From positions 187,242,001-187,306,000 of the forward strand of contig NC_086097.1 in NCBI RefSeq assembly GCF_963921235.1: a DNA stretch of 64,000 bases. The letters are read 5' to 3'. The stretch comes from Mobula hypostoma. Lineage: Eukaryota. The position numbers were made by a program, and so were the translations under genes. Positions 59,640 through 64,000 of the stretch are shown here, one piece after another. How positions within the stretch are numbered: the first letter of the stretch is position 1; every line of letters starts with the position of its first letter. The notes under the pieces are model-generated. The model was not told the origin of the DNA, did no database searches, and saw nothing but the letters and a program-made list of their open reading frames with translations.

Positions 59640-62600
59640 TATTCTAGGAAGCTTGAACCGCAGCCAATCAGTGAACAGGTCAGCGATTGAAGATTAAACA
59701 AGCAGTGTTCTGCGGCAGTTTGTGAAGTCTAAACTGTGGCCAATCAGTGAACAAGATTCATTTGCAAGAGTGAATAAAAATAAGGCAGGAACATGTGGAG
59801 CAGCCATTGTGTGAGTGGGTCAGTGTTAGAGTGGGAAGTCTTTGGATTTAGCCAATCTGGTTTATGCGAGATCAAGTTTGGATGAGATTAGTATCTGGTA
59901 AGCTTCTTATTATTTATTCTTCATTCTTCATCTATTAGGGCATTGTTAGAGCAAAGAGAATGACTCCAGGGGCAGTGTTATGTTCTTTGTGTAAGATGTG
60001 GGAACTCTGGGAGACCTACATCCTTCCAAGTAACCAAATCTGCACCAGGTGCACCGAGCTGCAGCTTGTTGACCTTCGGCTCATATTGGAGACTAATGAA
60101 GTGATACATAAGAACAAGGAGGTAGTCAGCCCTAGGTTGCAGGAGACAGGTAATTGGGTGACTGTCAAGACATGGAATGGAAATGGGCAGTCAGTACAGA
60201 GTTCCACTGTGGCTGTTCCCCTCAATTAAAAAGTATACTATTTTGGATACTATTGAGTGGGACAACCTACCGGGGGGGGGGGGGGGGGTGCAGCGACCAG
60301 GTCTCTGGCACTGTGCCCCGGAAGAGAAGAGTGGTGAAGAGGACTGCAGTACCGATAGGAGGTTACCTCCTTAGAGGAATAGAGAAGAGATTCTGTGGAC
60401 GTGATAGAAACACCCGGAAGGCATGTGCCTCACAGGTGCCAAGGTCAGGGTTGTCTCAGCTCGGGTCCATAGAATTCTAAGGAGGGAGGGTGAGGAGCCA
60501 GAAGTCTTGGTGTATATCTCTACCAATGACAAAGGAAGGAAAGGTGAGGAGATCCTGAAGAGCGATTTTAGGGAGCTAGGTAGAAGGCTGATAAGCAGGG
60601 CCACCAGGGTAGTAATCTCTGGATTGCTGCCTGTCCCTCGCTCCAGTGAGGTTAAGAGTAGGAGCACCTGGCATGTAAGTGTGTGACTGAGGAACTGGTG
60701 CAGGGGACAGGGGTTCAGATTTCTGGATGATTGGGATCTCTTCTGGGGAAGGTACGACTTGTACAAAAGGGATGGGTTACACCTAAACGCAGATGGACCA
60801 ATATCCTTGTGGGCAGGTTTGCCAGAGCTGATCGGAAGGATTTAAAATAATTTGTCATGGGATGCAAACCGGAGTGTTAGAGCTGAGGATGAGGCAGTTA
60901 GTTTACAAACAGAGGCAGTGTGTGGTGAGACTACCAACAAGGACAGGCTGTTGATAGGGCAAAATGCAGTCAACAGGATGAGTTGCAATGTAAAAGGAGG
61001 ACAAAATCAAAAAGGTGATGAGTACAGGACTGAAGATGTTATATTTGAATACATGCAACAGTTAGAAATTGTCAGGTATGATGTTGTGGGCATCACTGAG
61101 TCATAGAAGAGGAAAGATTACAGCTGAGAGCGTAACATCAAAGAATACGCATTGTATCAAAAGGATAGGCAGGTAGGCAGAGTGAGTGGGGTGTTACTGT
61201 TGGTAAAGAATGAAATGAAATCATTAGAAAGGGTTGACACAGGAACAGATAGTGTAGAATCCTTGTGGGTAGAGCTAAGAAACTGCAAGGGTAGAACAAC
61301 CCTGGTGGGATTTATATACAGACCTCCAAACAGTAGCCAGGATGTAAACAACAAATTACAATGGGAGATAGAAAAAGCTTGTCAAAAGGGCAATGATAAG
61401 ATAGCTATGGATATTTCAATGTGCAGGTAGATTGGGAAAATTAGGTTGATGCTTGATCCCATGAGGGGGAGTTTGTAGAATGCCTGCAAGATGGCTTTCT
61501 ACAGGGGCACAATTGAGAGCGTCCTGACTGGCTGTACTGCCCTCAATCGCAGGACTCGGCTTAGAGTGGTGCGGACAGCCCAGCGCATCTGTGGATGTGA
61601 ACTTCTCACTATTCAGGACATTTACATTGACAGGTGCATTAAAAAGGACCCGAAGGATCACCAGGGGGCCTGAGTCACCCCAACCACAAACTGTTCCAGC
61701 TGCTACCATCTGGGAAATGCACCGCAGAATTAAAGCCAGGACCAACAGGCTCCGGGACAGCTTCTTCCACTAGGCCTCAGGCTGATTAATTCACGCTGAC
61801 ACAATGGTATTTCTATTCTAAGCAATGTTGTCTGTTCTGTTGTATATCTTATTGTACTTGGTATTTATTACAAGTAACTATAATTTGCATATTGCAAATT
61901 CAGACAGAGAGATAACATAAAGATTTTTACTCCTCATGTACGTGAAGGATGTAAGAAATAAAGTCAATTCAATTCAATTTTTAGAGCAGCCCACTCGAGG
62001 ATGAGCTATTCTGCATTGAGTATGTGCAATGAACTGGAGAGTTTTAAGGTAAAGGGATCCTTAGAGATCAGTGATGATAATATGCTAGAATTCACCTTGT
62101 GATTTGAGTGGAAGAAGCTAAAGTCAGACGTATCAGTATTAAAGAGAAGTAACGGGAATTACAAAGACATGAGAGTGGAGCTGGCCAGAAATGAATGGAA
62201 AAGAACACTAGCAGAGATGACAACAGAGCAGAAATGGCTGGAATTTCTGGAAGCAATTCAGAAAATGCAGTACAGATACATTCCAAAGAGGAAGTTTTGT
62301 AAAGGCAGGGCCGTAGTTGACAAGGGAAATCAAAGTCAACATGAAAGCCAAAGAGAAGGCATACAATAAAGCAAAAATAAGTGAGGATTAAGTTAGAGGA
62401 TTGGGAATCTTTTAAAAACCAACAGAAGGCAACTAAAAAAGTCATAAAGAGGGAAAAGATGGAATACGAAGCTAAGCTAGCTAATAACATAAAAGAGGAT
62501 ACAAAAAGTTTCTTGAATACATATTAGACCACTGGAAGATGATGCTGTAGAGGTATTACTAGGGTACAAGAAAATGGCAGATGAACTGAATAAGTATTTT

Positions 62601-63130
62601 GCAGAAGTCTTTACTTTGGAAGACACTAGCAGTATGCCAGAAGTTGAGAGTGTCAGGAGGCAGAAATGAGTAATTTTGCGAACAGTAGGGAGAAAGTGCT
62701 TGGGAATCTGAAAGTTCTGAAGGTTCACAAATCACCTAGACCAGATGGTCTAATCCTTAGGGTTCTGAAAGAGGTGGTTGAAGAGATTATGAAGGCATTA
62801 GTAATGATCTTTCAAGAGTCAATAGATTCATGCATGGTTCCAGAGGACTGGAAAATTGCAAATGTCACTCCACTCTTCAAGAAAGGAGAGACACAGAAGA
62901 AAGGAAAGTATAGGCCAGTTAGTCTGACCTCAGTGGCTGGGAAGATGTTGGAGTTGATTGCTAAGGACGTGGTTTCAGAGTACTTGGAGGCACATGATAA
63001 AATAGGCTGATGTCAGCATGGTTCCTTAAGGGAAATTCTTGTTTGAGGAATCTGTTGGAATTCTTTGAAGAAGTAACAAGCAGGATAGACAAAGGAGAAT
63101 CCGTGGATGTTGCGTACTTGGATTTTCAAG
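59640..63130 (+). mobile_element. CR1 LINE with 5' UTR, ORF1 and 5' part of ORF2, degenerate
   Basis: ORF1 start MTPGAVLCSLCKMWE..ICTRC (59960), esterase pieces (60423-60850), endonuclease YRPPNS, RT VPEDWKIANVTPLFKK...YLDFQ; duplicated GCCAATCAGTGAACA (about 59663 and 59739) upstream. Confidence 0.92.
61497..61978 (+). mobile_element. Rex1/Babar-type 3' fragment nested in CR1
   Basis: FYRGTIESVLTGC..RVVRTAQRICG..IKARTNRLRDSFF; (ATTCA)n tail; same subfamily as 50960-51038. Confidence 0.88.
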
Positions 63131-63139
63131 CAAGGTTGT

Positions 63140-63770
63140 TGTTGCGCTACCACTCAACCAGCTGATCTATCTCACTTTTGTACACCTTCCCATCAACATC
63201 TAAAACTCTGCCAACAATAGTTGTGTTGTCAGCTAATTTTTAGATAGCATTTGATCTGTGCCTAGCCACACAGTTGTGGGTGTAGAGTGAGTAAGGCACC
63301 AGGCTAAGCATGCTCCTTGAATTGTGCCAGTATTCATTGTCAGCAAGGAGGAAATGTTAATTCCAATCCACACGGAATGTGGTCTCCCAGTGAAGAAGTC
63401 AAGGATCCATCTGCAGGGGGTGGCACAGAGGCCCAGGTTTTGGAGCTTTTTGATTAGAACTGAGAGTACAATTGTGTTGAATGCTGAGCTGTAGTCAATA
63501 AACAGCAGCCTGACTTAAGTATTACTATTGTGCAGGTGAACCAAGGCTTACTGGCGAGCCAATGAGATTGCATCCACTGTAGATTTATTGTGGTGGTAGG
63601 CAAATTGCAGTAGGTCTAGGCCCAAACTTTGGCAAGAGTTGTTTCTAACCATGACTAATCTGAACACAGCAGTGAGAGATTGAAGATGTCCTGCCACTTG
63701 GTTGGCACAGGTTGTCAAAACCCTACAATGTCCACTATCAGGGCCTGATGCCTTGTGAAGGTTTACCCTT
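63140..63770 (-). mobile_element. Rex1/Babar-type RT fragment
   Basis: Minus strand encodes [56 protein letters not shown]. Confidence 0.8.
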
Positions 63771-64000
63771 CAACAACTGCAGTCAATGAGGTCAATCACT
63801 GCCGACCCCTGCAATCATTACCTTCCTAAACGGATATTCCACTTTGGATTCTATTGGAGATGATGGCTCATCAGTGGAAGGCCACAGTAGCCAGGCTCAT
63901 GGCACCAAGAGTGGCTTTATTGCACAGAAAACCAGGAAAAAAAGAGTAGCAAAGCTATCCAGATACGGAATTCCATGAACGAGGGGAATAGACAAGAGGT

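Overview
AT-rich, repeat-dominated vertebrate genomic DNA with no recognisable functional host exon. The repeat set (HER1-type CR1 LINEs, a V-SINE, Penelope-like pseudo-LTRs) suggests a shark or ray, which is an inference. Contents: many CR1 copies (one young, with an intact 1010-codon ORF2), Rex1/Babar-type and L1/Tx1-type fragments, two Penelope-like families carrying minimal hammerhead-ribozyme motifs, a young internally deleted Gmr1-like (SCAN-gag) LTR element, an older CsRn1-like LTR element, solo LTRs, SINEs and Tc1/mariner remnants. Best observations: (1) a decayed Mag-type Gypsy element in which most of pol is replaced by an intronless copy of the RRM region of the host splicing factor RBM25, absent from the supplied ORF track; (2) the young CR1 has no AUG ahead of the ORF2 endonuclease but has an in-phase U UUA AAC slippery heptamer in a tiny ORF1/ORF2 overlap, suggesting -1 ribosomal frameshifting; (3) a fold-back Penelope pseudo-LTR with hammerheads on both strands, into whose target-site duplication the young LTR element inserted. 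Family names come from motif recognition by eye, not database searches; ends of old fragments are approximate.
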